Shown here piece after piece: positions 35,564 through 45,663 of a stretch of 64,000 nt of DNA. The position numbers were made by a program, and so were the translations under genes. Every line of letters starts with the position of its first letter. The first letter of the stretch is position 1. The stretch lies in IMG/VR virus record IMGVR_UViG_2706796059_000001; one strand, given 5' to 3'. Source of the DNA: a virus. Lineage: Duplodnaviria > Heunggongvirae > Uroviricota > Caudoviricetes > Straboviridae. The notes under the pieces were generated by a model, which worked only from the letters and a program-made list of their open reading frames with translations, ran no database searches and was not told the DNA's origin.

Positions 35564-36387
35564 TATGCCCCCAAGATTTGCTCAAGTTGACGATCAAAGA
35601 TCTTCTCTGCTTCATCAAGTGGTAATGGTACGCTGCGCATGAATTCGTGCAGATTATCTTCGCGAATCAGATTTTCAATAGTACTAGATGGTACTTTGTT
35701 CTTGACTTCAACGATCTCGAATCGTGTTCCACCTACACGTAGGAAGTGACGACCTAGACGGCGATACTCAGCTACTTTGTTCGCTTCTACAAATGCAAAC
35801 ACGCGAGTGATACCTTTTTGAATCATAGTCTCTACTTCAGCAAACATCACGCCTTTCGGTGCAACATCGACATCAGAGAACGATTCAAATAATTCAACGC
35901 GCTCTTGAAGTGATAAAACCTTGTTCTGAGCTTCAGGTACAAACACTTTACCAACAGCACCAACGTGTTCACACGCTTCAGATAATGTTTTAGTCAATTC
36001 TTTATGACCAACTGAAGGAATGCTTGAATCCACGTCCATGATACACGCAGCGTCAATCGCACACTCATTCACAACGGTTTCATGTTCGAAGAAATCTTTT
36101 TCCGAAACGACAAATAGACCCTCATCAAGTTTAGCTGCAATTGCTTCAGCTTCTTGTTGTTGTTTCTTCATCGTTGCTTCTTCTTTTTCAGCAGCAGATT
36201 CTTTGTCAAACATAGTGATTTTGCCGCGAATTGCGTCTCGAACACGAATGTCCATCATCGGTGTGATGTTCGCCCCGAGTTCTTTTTTCTTTTGCGTATA
36301 TAGTTTCTCGATTTCAACTACACCGTCTTTGGTAGTACATTGGTGAACCGACGCAATAAGTTCTTCCAATTTATCTTTGATAGCCAT
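35563..36387 (-). CDS. Hypothetical Glu-rich protein
   Basis: ORF track; GAGGAG SD. Confidence 0.7.
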   Translation of the reverse strand: MAIKDKLEELIASVHQCTTKDGVVEIEKLYTQKKKELGANITPMMDIRVRDAIRGKITMFDKESAAEKEEATMKKQQQEAEAIAAKLDEGLFVVSEKDFFEHETVVNECAIDAACIMDVDSSIPSVGHKELTKTLSEACEHVGAVGKVFVPEAQNKVLSLQERVELFESFSDVDVAPKGVMFAEVETMIQKGITRVFAFVEANKVAEYRRLGRHFLRVGGTRFEIVEVKNKVPSSTIENLIREDNLHEFMRSVPLPLDEAEKIFDRQLEQILGA

Positions 36388-36390
36388 TAG

Positions 36391-37236
36391 CTACTCCTCG
36401 TAAACAATCGTATTTTTAGTAATTCTTGATTCGAATACAACTTCAACACGTACACCATAAGGCAATGCCTTAGAACGGCGACATGCATCATTTCTAATCA
36501 ACATATACGGGTGATATACAGTATCTTTAATATCTTTCGCGTTCAACAAAACATCACCGTTAATATGCAAGGTACCGCGTTTGAATACAAAATCATCTAG
36601 TGTAAAGCTATTGACTACAACAAGACCGTTATTGAGAATGTCTGAACCAAATACAACATGATTTATTTCGTCGTCTCGTAGTCTGCGTGCGATTGGCTGG
36701 CTAAGTCTCTTCACTTTACCATCGTCAGAATAGTCCGATAATGTAACCATTTTCTTGACTATCATTTGTGATAAAAGCTTACGAGCTTCAGTGCCGTGAA
36801 TAACGTCAGTACTCGCCCAACGTTCGGCATTTGATTTTTTAATTGAAATCGGAAAATCGCCGCTTACGGTCTTCAATACCATATCGGCTTTTTTGTTGTT
36901 TTTTGTGTCGTGACCAGTCATTTCAATCGACTGAACACCTTTTATTACTCGTCGACCAATTTTAATCCGAGTACAGCCAGAATCAATGTGTTGCTTTACA
37001 ATATTATAGAAATTGCGTTCATTCTCGATGCCCGGATTAGATGTTGGTTTGACGTATACTCTGCATTTTTCCATCTGTATACAACCAATTGAACTGCCTG
37101 GGTCGCACTTCTTGTACGTCCCGTCAAGCTCTTTCGCAAGTTTAACAATTAGACCAAGTCGATTTTCATCTGTGTAGATAACGATCTTTCGGCTATTGAT
37201 AATTCTCGCGTCATATCTTAACAAAACATCTATCAT
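36391..37236 (-). CDS. Putative PD-(D/E)xK nuclease-fold protein
   Basis: GIENE...KADMVL...PISIKK. Confidence 0.55.
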   Translation of the reverse strand: MIDVLLRYDARIINSRKIVIYTDENRLGLIVKLAKELDGTYKKCDPGSSIGCIQMEKCRVYVKPTSNPGIENERNFYNIVKQHIDSGCTRIKIGRRVIKGVQSIEMTGHDTKNNKKADMVLKTVSGDFPISIKKSNAERWASTDVIHGTEARKLLSQMIVKKMVTLSDYSDDGKVKRLSQPIARRLRDDEINHVVFGSDILNNGLVVVNSFTLDDFVFKRGTLHINGDVLLNAKDIKDTVYHPYMLIRNDACRRSKALPYGVRVEVVFESRITKNTIVYEE

Positions 37237-37269
37237 AGTGCATGAACACCATCTTTAATACCATACCAG

Positions 37270-37277
37270 TATTTAGA
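37270..37277 (-). promoter_or_regulatory. Late promoter variant TCTAAATA
   Basis: 33 nt upstream of 37236. Confidence 0.5.
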
Positions 37278-37300
37278 TGTTCATGCAGATAGACTACCAC

Positions 37301-37825
37301 TTAGAAGTCGTAACTTACCTCTTTGGACTCACGACGTTTGTCAAGAAGTTGTCGCAGATCAGTTAAACGAATCATCGGCTGACCGATGTTACGCTGCAAG
37401 TTATCACAACAAACGTTCACGTAACGATAGTCATCAATCGTTGCGTAATGCACGTGCCCGTGAATGCTGAAATGACCACGCAGTTCATCGGGGTGTAATG
37501 GAAAATGACTCAACCAACCCAACTTTTTGTACTTTTCACAACCGCGAATCACGTCAAACGCACGCATGTAGCTTGAAACAGGAAGATCGTCATGATTCCC
37601 GCCATATTGTACTTTACGACCCGGTAGACCAGCAAGAATGCCAACAGCTTCTTCAGTAAATGCAGTATCACCAAGCATAATCACAGTGTCACGCTTGCGA
37701 ACGTTCTTCAACCAGAAGTCAACAATCCAGTCGGTGTTCGCTTGAGTGTCTTCAATGTCATCTCGAAACTTACCAATATTTTTGTGACCTAAATGCAGAT
37801 CACTTGTAATCCAAACACAACTCAT
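37301..37825 (-). CDS. Calcineurin-like phosphoesterase
   Basis: SDLHLGH, LGD, GNHD, LSHFP, IHGHVH. Confidence 0.88.
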   Translation of the reverse strand: MSCVWITSDLHLGHKNIGKFRDDIEDTQANTDWIVDFWLKNVRKRDTVIMLGDTAFTEEAVGILAGLPGRKVQYGGNHDDLPVSSYMRAFDVIRGCEKYKKLGWLSHFPLHPDELRGHFSIHGHVHYATIDDYRYVNVCCDNLQRNIGQPMIRLTDLRQLLDKRRESKEVSYDF

Positions 37826-38301
37826 TAATTTCTCTCTTTATCAATAACCATTTCATCATTTACCCGAACGTACAAGATTTGATTATCAGAGCCACGCCAC
37901 GCTTTCTGCGTCGGTTGATGTCTCTTGTACCGACCATCAATGAAAACATCAATATAATTCATTATCTCTAAATGATAAACATGAGATAATTTGTAACCGC
38001 TCCACAACCAAATATCTTTATCGGGATATCGATCTTTCACTGATTTACAAATACGCAATATTTCGTCGCGATTGCTCGGGTGCAACGGGTCTCCTCCCGA
38101 AAGACTCAACCCATCGTGCTGCTCTAAGCTCGTCAAAACGTCTCTAAGCGTTTCTTCAGTGAAATCGATACCATCGTTCGAGTCCCACGTAGATTCGTTG
38201 TAGCAGCCCTTACAGCGATGCTCACAACCAGAAACGAAGATGCTCAATCGAACACCTTCGCCGTTTGCAAAATCAAATTCGTTAATCTTCTGATACTTCA
38301 C
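37825..38301 (-). CDS. nrdG: Anaerobic RNR activase (radical SAM)
   Basis: ANGEGVR, GCEHRCKGCYN, SGGDPL, IDGRY, WRGSDNQ. Confidence 0.96.
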   Translation of the reverse strand: MKYQKINEFDFANGEGVRLSIFVSGCEHRCKGCYNESTWDSNDGIDFTEETLRDVLTSLEQHDGLSLSGGDPLHPSNRDEILRICKSVKDRYPDKDIWLWSGYKLSHVYHLEIMNYIDVFIDGRYKRHQPTQKAWRGSDNQILYVRVNDEMVIDKERN

Positions 38302-38884
38302 TTACCTGCCATCCCGCAAAAACATCAATATTGAGGCGACAAGATTTTTTGATACCATCATTCGATACATGAACAATATTTTTGTTCATAGCTTCGCGTC
38401 GAGAAAATGTAAACGGTACATCATCTGCAACAACTGTGATGAAATCATCATTACAAAACACAACTGTTGCTTCTTCTTGTCTCGGCTCGAATTGACAGTT
38501 CAAGTATACGTCAATCGTGTCACCTTCGTTGATACGAACATATTCCATCTTCGTTTCAATCGTTTCTTTATTGTATGACAGCACACCGTCGTGATTAAAC
38601 AATTCTTGAAACGTTTCTCGTTCTTCAAAACGTGAAATGATACCAAAGCTAGAATTATCGCTGACTCGACTGCCTTGAACAATAAACGTCAAAGAACTCA
38701 TATAATCATACAAAACACAGTCGCCAGTTTCGTCTTGATATATAAATCGAGCATCTATAGTATCACTCGCACTTAAACTCAAGCTGCTACTACTCATAGG
38801 TTCGACGTATACTCTAACATCTTTACCAATTTCTAAAGCTGTCGGCGTGTATGTAGGTATTCTTCGTTCTTTTTGCGTAAACAT
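38282..38884 (-). CDS. Hypothetical protein
   Basis: ORF track. Confidence 0.6.
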   Translation of the reverse strand: MFTQKERRIPTYTPTALEIGKDVRVYVEPMSSSSLSLSASDTIDARFIYQDETGDCVLYDYMSSLTFIVQGSRVSDNSSFGIISRFEERETFQELFNHDGVLSYNKETIETKMEYVRINEGDTIDVYLNCQFEPRQEEATVVFCNDDFITVVADDVPFTFSRREAMNKNIVHVSNDGIKKSCRLNIDVFAGWQVSEVSED

Positions 38885-38885
38885 T

Positions 38886-39302
38886 TTAAAACTCCCAATT
38901 TATTTTAGACGTGTGACCATGTACTAACGTCCAACAGCCGCCCCGAACCCATTGACCAGACAACTTACGGCGATAGTATTTGCCACCCGTTGATGTCGTG
39001 ATCATCTTCATTGTTTTTGAAATCTTCGTGATTACACCGTCGGGATGACTGTCACCATTGAAACAATAGCTAACTGCATCACCTACACGTGGCTTTTTGA
39101 TAATATCAAAGCGCGGCAAGCAACCTGAACCTGCGTCCACAACCATGTATAGATCTTGGTCGAGCATGTTGCAGACTTCAGTAACTCGCTCTAATGTTTT
39201 CCAATCTCGTCGAGATTCAACAGTGTGACCCTCTTGGCGGCACTTTTTAGCTACTGAGTGTTCGTCGATAACGCTGCAAGTTGTCAAGTTGATGTATAGC
39301 AT
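38886..39302 (-). CDS. Hypothetical early protein (start revised to MLYINL)
   Basis: TTGCAA-N17-TAATAT promoter (39346-39374) and GAGAG leader. Confidence 0.65.
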   Translation of the reverse strand: MLYINLTTCSVIDEHSVAKKCRQEGHTVESRRDWKTLERVTEVCNMLDQDLYMVVDAGSGCLPRFDIIKKPRVGDAVSYCFNGDSHPDGVITKISKTMKMITTSTGGKYYRRKLSGQWVRGGCWTLVHGHTSKINWEF

Positions 39303-39395
39303 AATTTTTCTCTCTCTGTTAGTCGATATCGTCTCGATGAAGTTAATATTACGCACTTATGATTCGTGTTGCAACCTTTTTCTTCGTCAAAAACA

Positions 39396-39418
39396 AAAAA
39401 AGCGCCCGAAGGCGCTTT
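39396..39418 (-). terminator. Terminator after nrdD
   Basis: agcgcc-ttcg-ggcgct plus T-run (minus). Confidence 0.85.
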
Positions 39419-39419
39419 C

Positions 39420-41255
39420 TCAACAGTGTTTAACTCGATTTTGCATTTCTACAGTCTTGCCGTGATTCCAACCACGAGCACCCGGGTTACCGAGATAGCC
39501 GCAGACACGTCTCGTTACATTGAGCTTTTCAGGGTCGCGTTCACCGCAAACAGGACAAGAATAACCCAGTGAATCACCATGAGCTTCACCAGACCAACCA
39601 CACGTACACTGATCAATCGGGGTATTCGTACCGAAGTAAGCTACTTTAGTGTAAGCATAATCCCATACGCGCTCTAGACCTTTGATGTTGTCTCGCATAT
39701 TCGGGAACTCAGCATAACAGATGAAACCACCGTTTGCATGAATTGGGTATGCAGCTTCAAAATCAATTTTCTCAAATGGGTTCACTTTCTTGAACACGTC
39801 TAAGTGAAACGAGTTTGTGTAATAGTCTTTGTCATTGATACCTGTAATAACACCGTATTTCTCTTGGTCGAGACGACAGAAACGATCACATAGCGATTCA
39901 CTTGGTGTACTGTACAGACTGAAACCGTAGCCCGTCAGTTCTTTCCATGCATCGGTGTACGCTCTAAGAGTTTCCACAATCTTTTCAGCGAGGAATTGTT
40001 TGTGTTGTGACTCAAACGTATGCATGTCTTTATCTGGCGAAAGCAACGTTACTGCTTCGTGTAACCCGATATAACCAAGCGAGATACTTGAACGACCGTG
40101 TTTGAAAACTTCACTGACTTTATCAGTTGGCTTCAAGCGTACGCCCATTGCACCTTCACAGTATAGAATTGGAGCAACTGATGCAGTTACATCATCAAAA
40201 CGCTTAATACGCAACATCAATGCTTCGTAAGCTAGTTTACAACGCTCGTGTAAGATCTCGAAGAAGCGTTCAGTATCACCCGATGCTTCAATAGCAATAC
40301 GCGGGATATTGATTGAGACGACGCCTAAGTTATTACGACCATCGAATACCGTTTCACCATCTTCGTTCTTCCAGTCACCCAAGAATGAGCGACAGCCCAT
40401 TGGAGACTTAAACCCACCAGTCGTTTCAACTAGTTTGTCATAGTTCAAAATGTCTGGGTACATACGCTTACTTGCACATTCAAGAGCTAACTTTTTGATG
40501 CCGTAGCACGGGTCGCCTTCTTTCAGATTCACGCCGTCTCTCAATGTGAAAACAAGCTTAGGGAAAATAGCAGTTTTCTTAGTCTTACCTAGACCTGCAA
40601 TACGATTCTGAAGAATACTTTTTTGAATAAGTTTTTCTTCCCACGACGTACCTAACCCGAAGTTGATTGTCGTGAATGGTGTCTGACCGTTTGAAGTCTG
40701 CATCGTATTGACTTGATATTCAAACGTCTGGAATGCATCGAACGTTTCCTTTTCAACACGCTTTCGTGCAAAGATAGCAGCTTTAGAATCAGAGTCGGGA
40801 TGTTCTTCTCGACCTACTTCGAGCCATTTATAATATGACTTACGAACATAAGGTGCTAGGACTTCGTCGATTCTATTGATCGTGTTACCGCCGTAGATAT
40901 GGCTACTTACTTGCTGAATAATCTGAGTTACAACAGTGGCAGCAGTGCTAATACTGTTTGGTTCTTCGATTTCAGCATTACCCATTTTGAAGCCGCCTTC
41001 AAACATGCCTTTGATATCAATAAGCATACAGTTGAATTGCGGGAATAATGGACTGTAGTCAAGGTCATGAAAATGAATATCGCCGTCGATATGTGCATCT
41101 GCAATATGCTTCGGTAGATAGTCTTCAAGTGCGTAATGTTTCGACACTGTGCCAGCTACTAAGTCACGCATTGTAGGGATTACTTTCGAATCTTTATTTG
41201 CATTCTCTTTGTTGTTACCCGAACCGCTAACAATGTCTAAAATGTCGTGTTTCAT
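39420..41255 (-). CDS. nrdD: Anaerobic ribonucleoside-triphosphate reductase (class III), intron-less
   Basis: IHFHDLDY, FNC, IFPKL, MGCRS, NLGVVSIN, TPSESLC, YYTNSFH, RRVCGYLG. Confidence 0.97.
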   Translation of the reverse strand: MKHDILDIVSGSGNNKENANKDSKVIPTMRDLVAGTVSKHYALEDYLPKHIADAHIDGDIHFHDLDYSPLFPQFNCMLIDIKGMFEGGFKMGNAEIEEPNSISTAATVVTQIIQQVSSHIYGGNTINRIDEVLAPYVRKSYYKWLEVGREEHPDSDSKAAIFARKRVEKETFDAFQTFEYQVNTMQTSNGQTPFTTINFGLGTSWEEKLIQKSILQNRIAGLGKTKKTAIFPKLVFTLRDGVNLKEGDPCYGIKKLALECASKRMYPDILNYDKLVETTGGFKSPMGCRSFLGDWKNEDGETVFDGRNNLGVVSINIPRIAIEASGDTERFFEILHERCKLAYEALMLRIKRFDDVTASVAPILYCEGAMGVRLKPTDKVSEVFKHGRSSISLGYIGLHEAVTLLSPDKDMHTFESQHKQFLAEKIVETLRAYTDAWKELTGYGFSLYSTPSESLCDRFCRLDQEKYGVITGINDKDYYTNSFHLDVFKKVNPFEKIDFEAAYPIHANGGFICYAEFPNMRDNIKGLERVWDYAYTKVAYFGTNTPIDQCTCGWSGEAHGDSLGYSCPVCGERDPEKLNVTRRVCGYLGNPGARGWNHGKTVEMQNRVKHC

Positions 41256-41501
41256 TCATTCCTCTTCTAACAATTTGTCGATGCGAGATAAGACGCTCAC
41301 ACCCTCGCCTAGACATTCGCCATTGTAAAACGCTATTGGGTGGGCAATATAACCATCATCTTCAGCGATTTTCTGAAGTTCTTTATAGCGTTCACTAGGA
41401 ACAAATGCGTCATAAAAAATATGTTTAATGTTTCTATCATTTAGCGAGTCGCACAACTTGCGACAAGCTAAACAATATTTTGACCCGATAATCTCTACCA
41501 A
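41256..41501 (-). CDS. Glutaredoxin-like protein (NrdH-like)
   Basis: IIGSKYCLAC, HPI; directly upstream of nrdD. Confidence 0.65.
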   Translation of the reverse strand: MVEIIGSKYCLACRKLCDSLNDRNIKHIFYDAFVPSERYKELQKIAEDDGYIAHPIAFYNGECLGEGVSVLSRIDKLLEEE

Positions 41502-42895
41502 TTTACCGCCTCTGCTTTCTGCGTCTGTTCTTTCTTCTGCGCGAAAGGAGTCGCCGATTGCGTTTGAGATTGAGCAGGCGCCGTATAACTCGCAGTACCA
41601 TCTACATCACCCCAACGTTGTTTACCTTTGTTAACAGCAATCATAAATGTCTGGTCTTGGTTACGGTCAGCATAACGAGACTTAATCTGTTTCACTCGTT
41701 GTTGCCCGAGCGCGACAGTTTCTTCAGTTTCCATAATACCGAGAATCAAGTCAGCAGTATGAGCAAGACCAGCCGATTCAGCAATATCACCCATTCCCAT
41801 GTCACTTGCATCCCATGCGTTACGTGTAGTCTGAGCAGCAGACCAAACAGCAACGTTATGTTCAACAGCAAAACCACGAATTTCTTCAGCAATAGCTTTA
41901 ACGTGAACGTATGTATTTTCTGAACTTGCAACACGTGAACTTGCACAGATACCAAGATAATCGACAATCACAATGTCTGGGATTACGTCTTTCTTGGTGC
42001 GAAGCTCATTCATCAACGTATTGAAGTGAGTTACATTCGCGCCCGCAGTCGGGAACTGTTTAATGAATAATTTACCTTGAGTTTTCTTCTCAAGATTCTG
42101 AATCTTAGTGCCGTATGTTTTTTCAGTAATAGTATCGAAATCGTCCATACTGATGTCCATTAAGTTGGCATCAATACGCTTCGACACTGCCGCTTCACTC
42201 ATTTCCATACTGATGTATAGAACGTTGTAGCCTTGTAGAAGATACTCAGTTGCTAAATGACACAACGCAAGTGATTTACCCACGTTAGAACCCGCTAGAA
42301 GTAGGTTCAGAGTACTTCTTTCAACACCACCTTGAGTGATCTTGTTTAAAATGTTCATTTTGAATGGGATTTTTGCTGCTTTCTCGATATACGATTTGTA
42401 TCGAGGTTCCCAATCTGCAAAATAATCATGACCAACTGATGTGTCAAAACAAACGTTCAATGCATCACGCATCAAATCGGGAATCGCACCAAGCGTTTTC
42501 ATTCGTTTGTTTTGTTGATCAAGTGGTTTAGCTGCATTCTCTTGAATAGCAAGTGATTCACTAAGCGCGTTAAAAACGCTCTGTTCGATACAGAACTGTT
42601 CAGTCGTGTCAATCAACCATCTCAGGTCGTGACTCGGGTGAGGTTCTAGTTCATTTATTGTTTGTTGTATCTCTGCATAGTCGTATTCACTAATCCCTGT
42701 CAATGACTCAAGACATACTTTCAAAACTTCAGGGGTCGCACGACGTTTGTACTCGTCTGCGTGGTTCTTAATCATCATAAAGATATGCTGATGAGCAGTT
42801 GACTGAAAGTATTCTTTTTTCAAGTGAGGGATTACGGTAGCAAAGTACTCTTGATTTTCGATAAGATTTGAGAAAATCGACTTCTCGATTTGCAT
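41495..42895 (-). CDS. 41: Replicative helicase gp41
   Basis: AGSNVGKS, YISMEM, IKQFPT, IVDYLGI, AEEIR, SAAQTTR, KSRY. Confidence 0.97.
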   Translation of the reverse strand: MQIEKSIFSNLIENQEYFATVIPHLKKEYFQSTAHQHIFMMIKNHADEYKRRATPEVLKVCLESLTGISEYDYAEIQQTINELEPHPSHDLRWLIDTTEQFCIEQSVFNALSESLAIQENAAKPLDQQNKRMKTLGAIPDLMRDALNVCFDTSVGHDYFADWEPRYKSYIEKAAKIPFKMNILNKITQGGVERSTLNLLLAGSNVGKSLALCHLATEYLLQGYNVLYISMEMSEAAVSKRIDANLMDISMDDFDTITEKTYGTKIQNLEKKTQGKLFIKQFPTAGANVTHFNTLMNELRTKKDVIPDIVIVDYLGICASSRVASSENTYVHVKAIAEEIRGFAVEHNVAVWSAAQTTRNAWDASDMGMGDIAESAGLAHTADLILGIMETEETVALGQQRVKQIKSRYADRNQDQTFMIAVNKGKQRWGDVDGTASYTAPAQSQTQSATPFAQKKEQTQKAEAVNW

Positions 42896-43134
42896 TGTTC
42901 TTTTACCCCATTCTTGTTCTGTTCTTCACGAATAAGTTTCATAATACACGCCTCAACATGCGGACGAATTTGTTCTTCTTTGTCTGGATGTTGAGTTACA
43001 AATTCAATTTTGAGTCTGCCGCTATTATCTACTAGAATGTCAGTAATATAAACTTCAATATCGTCAATCATTATACTAAATTTCACGCGCTCTTGAAGCT
43101 CGGTTAGCATTTCTGTTACTTGGTTCGGAGTCAT
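42832..43134 (-). CDS. 40: Head vertex assembly chaperone gp40 (start revised to MTPNQ)
   Basis: EQIRPHVEACI motif; uvsX-40-41 synteny. Confidence 0.8.
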   Translation of the reverse strand: MTPNQVTEMLTELQERVKFSIMIDDIEVYITDILVDNSGRLKIEFVTQHPDKEEQIRPHVEACIMKLIREEQNKNGVKEQCKSRSRFSQILSKIKSTLLP

Positions 43135-43188
43135 ACGATTCGTCCCGTCTAAGGTGAAAAAGACCCGCAATTAAGCGGGCCAGTATCG

Positions 43189-44289
43189 TTAATCGAATAA
43201 GCTATCGATTTCATCATTCAATTCAGACTCGTCTAACTGACCTAAGCAGTAAAGTCGTTTCACGCCTTCTTTGAAAGTCGGTGAATTGATGATGTCTTTC
43301 CAGAAAGAAAGCGTTTGTGTTTCTTTCGCTCGATATTTCTTTTCTTCGACGATCATTTCGCCAGTTTCTTCATCAACAGTTGCACGTTGATACCAACCAT
43401 TAGATGGTTTAACAACATGACCGGTTTGAAGTGCAATATCAAGTAGACCAGAGAACATATCGATACCGTTTTCGTATGTAACCGTCAACGGAACTTTCAT
43501 CTTCTCTTTCACGAAACGTGATTTCTCGATATTCATAATGAAGTGATAGCCGACAATCTCTTTGCCGTCTTTTTCTTGCTGTTTACCAAGAATGATTACC
43601 GTATCAGCAGAGTACATGATACCCGTACCGCCAGACATGACAGTTTTAGAGTACATTTCTTGAGTTTGATACGTGTGGTTGATCGCGATACAAGGAATAT
43701 CGAGCATTGTGAAATATGGTGTGATGATACGGAACAATGATTTCAATTGTTTCGCACGAGACATATCAGCAACTGACTTTTCGTTTTGCGCGTCATCGAT
43801 TTCTTTTGCAGAAGCAACGTTACCTACCGAGTCAATAAAGAAAATTACGCGGTCTGGTTCGTCACCCGCTTTCTTAGCTCGCTTACGTTCTGCAAGGTCT
43901 TTAAGCTGATTCGCCATTTCGAATTTCATACGCTCAACGCTCTCACATTGTATATGAAGAACACGGTCTGGGTCAACACCTTGTGAGCGCAAATAAGACG
44001 GTGTGATACCGAATTCTGTATCAATGAATACACAAATTGCCTCAGGGTATTTCTTCAAGTAAGCAGCTACGCCAACTAGACCCAAGTTCGATTTAAAGTG
44101 CTTTGACGGTCCCGCTAGTACTGTCAACCCAGAAGTTAAACCACCATCTACTTCACCACTAAAAGCAATGTTAATCGCAGGCACGTAAGTACGTGTATGA
44201 TCTTTTTCGAACATAAACTGACTTTCTGATAACACTTGTGCGTAACCAGATGTGCTTGATTTTTTCAACGATTTCATTAAATCTGACAT
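43189..44289 (-). CDS. uvsX: RecA-like recombinase UvsX
   Basis: AGPSKHFKS, DTEFG, IDSVGN, INHTY, SGGTG. Confidence 0.97.
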   Translation of the reverse strand: MSDLMKSLKKSSTSGYAQVLSESQFMFEKDHTRTYVPAINIAFSGEVDGGLTSGLTVLAGPSKHFKSNLGLVGVAAYLKKYPEAICVFIDTEFGITPSYLRSQGVDPDRVLHIQCESVERMKFEMANQLKDLAERKRAKKAGDEPDRVIFFIDSVGNVASAKEIDDAQNEKSVADMSRAKQLKSLFRIITPYFTMLDIPCIAINHTYQTQEMYSKTVMSGGTGIMYSADTVIILGKQQEKDGKEIVGYHFIMNIEKSRFVKEKMKVPLTVTYENGIDMFSGLLDIALQTGHVVKPSNGWYQRATVDEETGEMIVEEKKYRAKETQTLSFWKDIINSPTFKEGVKRLYCLGQLDESELNDEIDSLFD

Positions 44290-44355
44290 TATTTTACCTT
44301 CTAACTAAGAAAGGAGCAGCAAAATGCTACCCCTTAAATTACAACTGAGATTAAA

Positions 44356-45072
44356 TTAAGCTTTCTTTGCAGCACGCTTGCGTTTTGGCTTTGCGGGCTC
44401 ATCTTCAACTTCTTCATCTTCAGGGTCGACCTTTAGTTTGCGAAGCTCTTCAGCTACGCGCTCTTGAATCTGCTCTTCAAGTTGAGATTCGATATCACCT
44501 GCAAGTTGAGCTTCAGCTTCTTTCATTTCATCTTCGAACTTCTTCGACATTTCTTGAAGACGTTCTGTAACCTCTTCTGGCGTCAGCCACAAGTCTTGGT
44601 TATGGTTGATGATTTCGTCGATCTCGTCAGCATCAAAGAACGGTTCATAAAGAAGACCACATACGCGGTTTAAATGCTCTTCGTGAGATTTAGCCTGTTT
44701 CAACGTGTCTGGCATTTTACCGATTTGACCGCCGCTCGATGTATGGAACATGAACGTTGCAAATGGGGATACGTGCCAACCATTACAAGCTAAGAAAATC
44801 ATTGTACCTGCGCTGCACACTTCACCCTCTGCGCACGCGATGACTGCACCTGCTTTAGATTGCATAATTGCATCACAGATTTGACATGCAGCATAGAAGT
44901 TACCACCAGGTGTATTCAAGTGCAAGTAAATCACGTCTGTTTCGGACGCCGTATGCAGAATTTGAAGCATTTCTTCATAATCATTCGGCTCTTCAATCGC
45001 ACCGTTGATGTAGAAATCATGACGTACAGAACCAGCCCCTGCGTACCATCCAATGTTATTTTTAAAAATCAT
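44356..45072 (-). CDS. clpP: ClpP-like serine protease
   Basis: LHLNTPGG, VCSAGT (Ser), FMFH (His); acidic C-terminal extension. Confidence 0.82.
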   Translation of the reverse strand: MIFKNNIGWYAGAGSVRHDFYINGAIEEPNDYEEMLQILHTASETDVIYLHLNTPGGNFYAACQICDAIMQSKAGAVIACAEGEVCSAGTMIFLACNGWHVSPFATFMFHTSSGGQIGKMPDTLKQAKSHEEHLNRVCGLLYEPFFDADEIDEIINHNQDLWLTPEEVTERLQEMSKKFEDEMKEAEAQLAGDIESQLEEQIQERVAEELRKLKVDPEDEEVEDEPAKPKRKRAAKKA

Positions 45073-45614
45073 AAGTCACCCTTTGTTAACTTTTCGATGA
45101 AAATCGTAGAGCCGTTCTGGCATTCGACGATCTCTGATTCCCCGTTGTGTGGGAAATACCAGAAAATTTTAGTTAAATCAATCGTAACGTCGTACGCTTC
45201 GATTTCATCAACGATTGTAGTTTTATATATGTGGTCTGCAAAAGGTAATGCAGACTCGATAACACTAGGGCCACCGATAACACTTATTTTATCAAAACCT
45301 TCTATCAGATAAACATTTTCGATGTTCTTAATCAGGTCTTGAAAGGAGTCACACTTGCAGTAAACATCGGCTTTTTGACCGTTTTTTGCAGTCGCTGTAT
45401 CGCTGCTACTGAGCACAACGTGCGGGCGGTCTGCTAGTTTACCGGGAAGTGATTCGAATGTCTTAGAGCCCATTACAAGCACGCTATTCATAGTAACTGC
45501 TTTAAATCGAGCCAAGTCTTCTTTGTTATGTTTCCAAGGGAGTTTGTTTTGATTGCCGAAGGGCGCGTGTGGGGATTTACTCATACCGTGAGCGAAAACG
45601 ATTTGAACTTTCAT
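45069..45614 (-). CDS. frd: Dihydrofolate reductase
   Basis: LPWKH..EDLARFK, MGSKTFESLP, IGG. Confidence 0.93.
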   Translation of the reverse strand: MKVQIVFAHGMSKSPHAPFGNQNKLPWKHNKEDLARFKAVTMNSVLVMGSKTFESLPGKLADRPHVVLSSSDTATAKNGQKADVYCKCDSFQDLIKNIENVYLIEGFDKISVIGGPSVIESALPFADHIYKTTIVDEIEAYDVTIDLTKIFWYFPHNGESEIVECQNGSTIFIEKLTKGDL

Positions 45615-45635
45615 TTAATCTCCTATAAAGAGAAC

Positions 45636-45658
45636 AAAGGGGCAATTAAGCCCCTTTA
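45636..45658 (-). terminator. Terminator after gene 32
   Basis: aaaggggc-ttaatt-gccccttt. Confidence 0.7.
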
Positions 45659-45663
45659 AATCA

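Noticed and set aside
39420-41255. Intron or intein in nrdD
   Set aside because: 611 aa continuous ORF with no insertion evident
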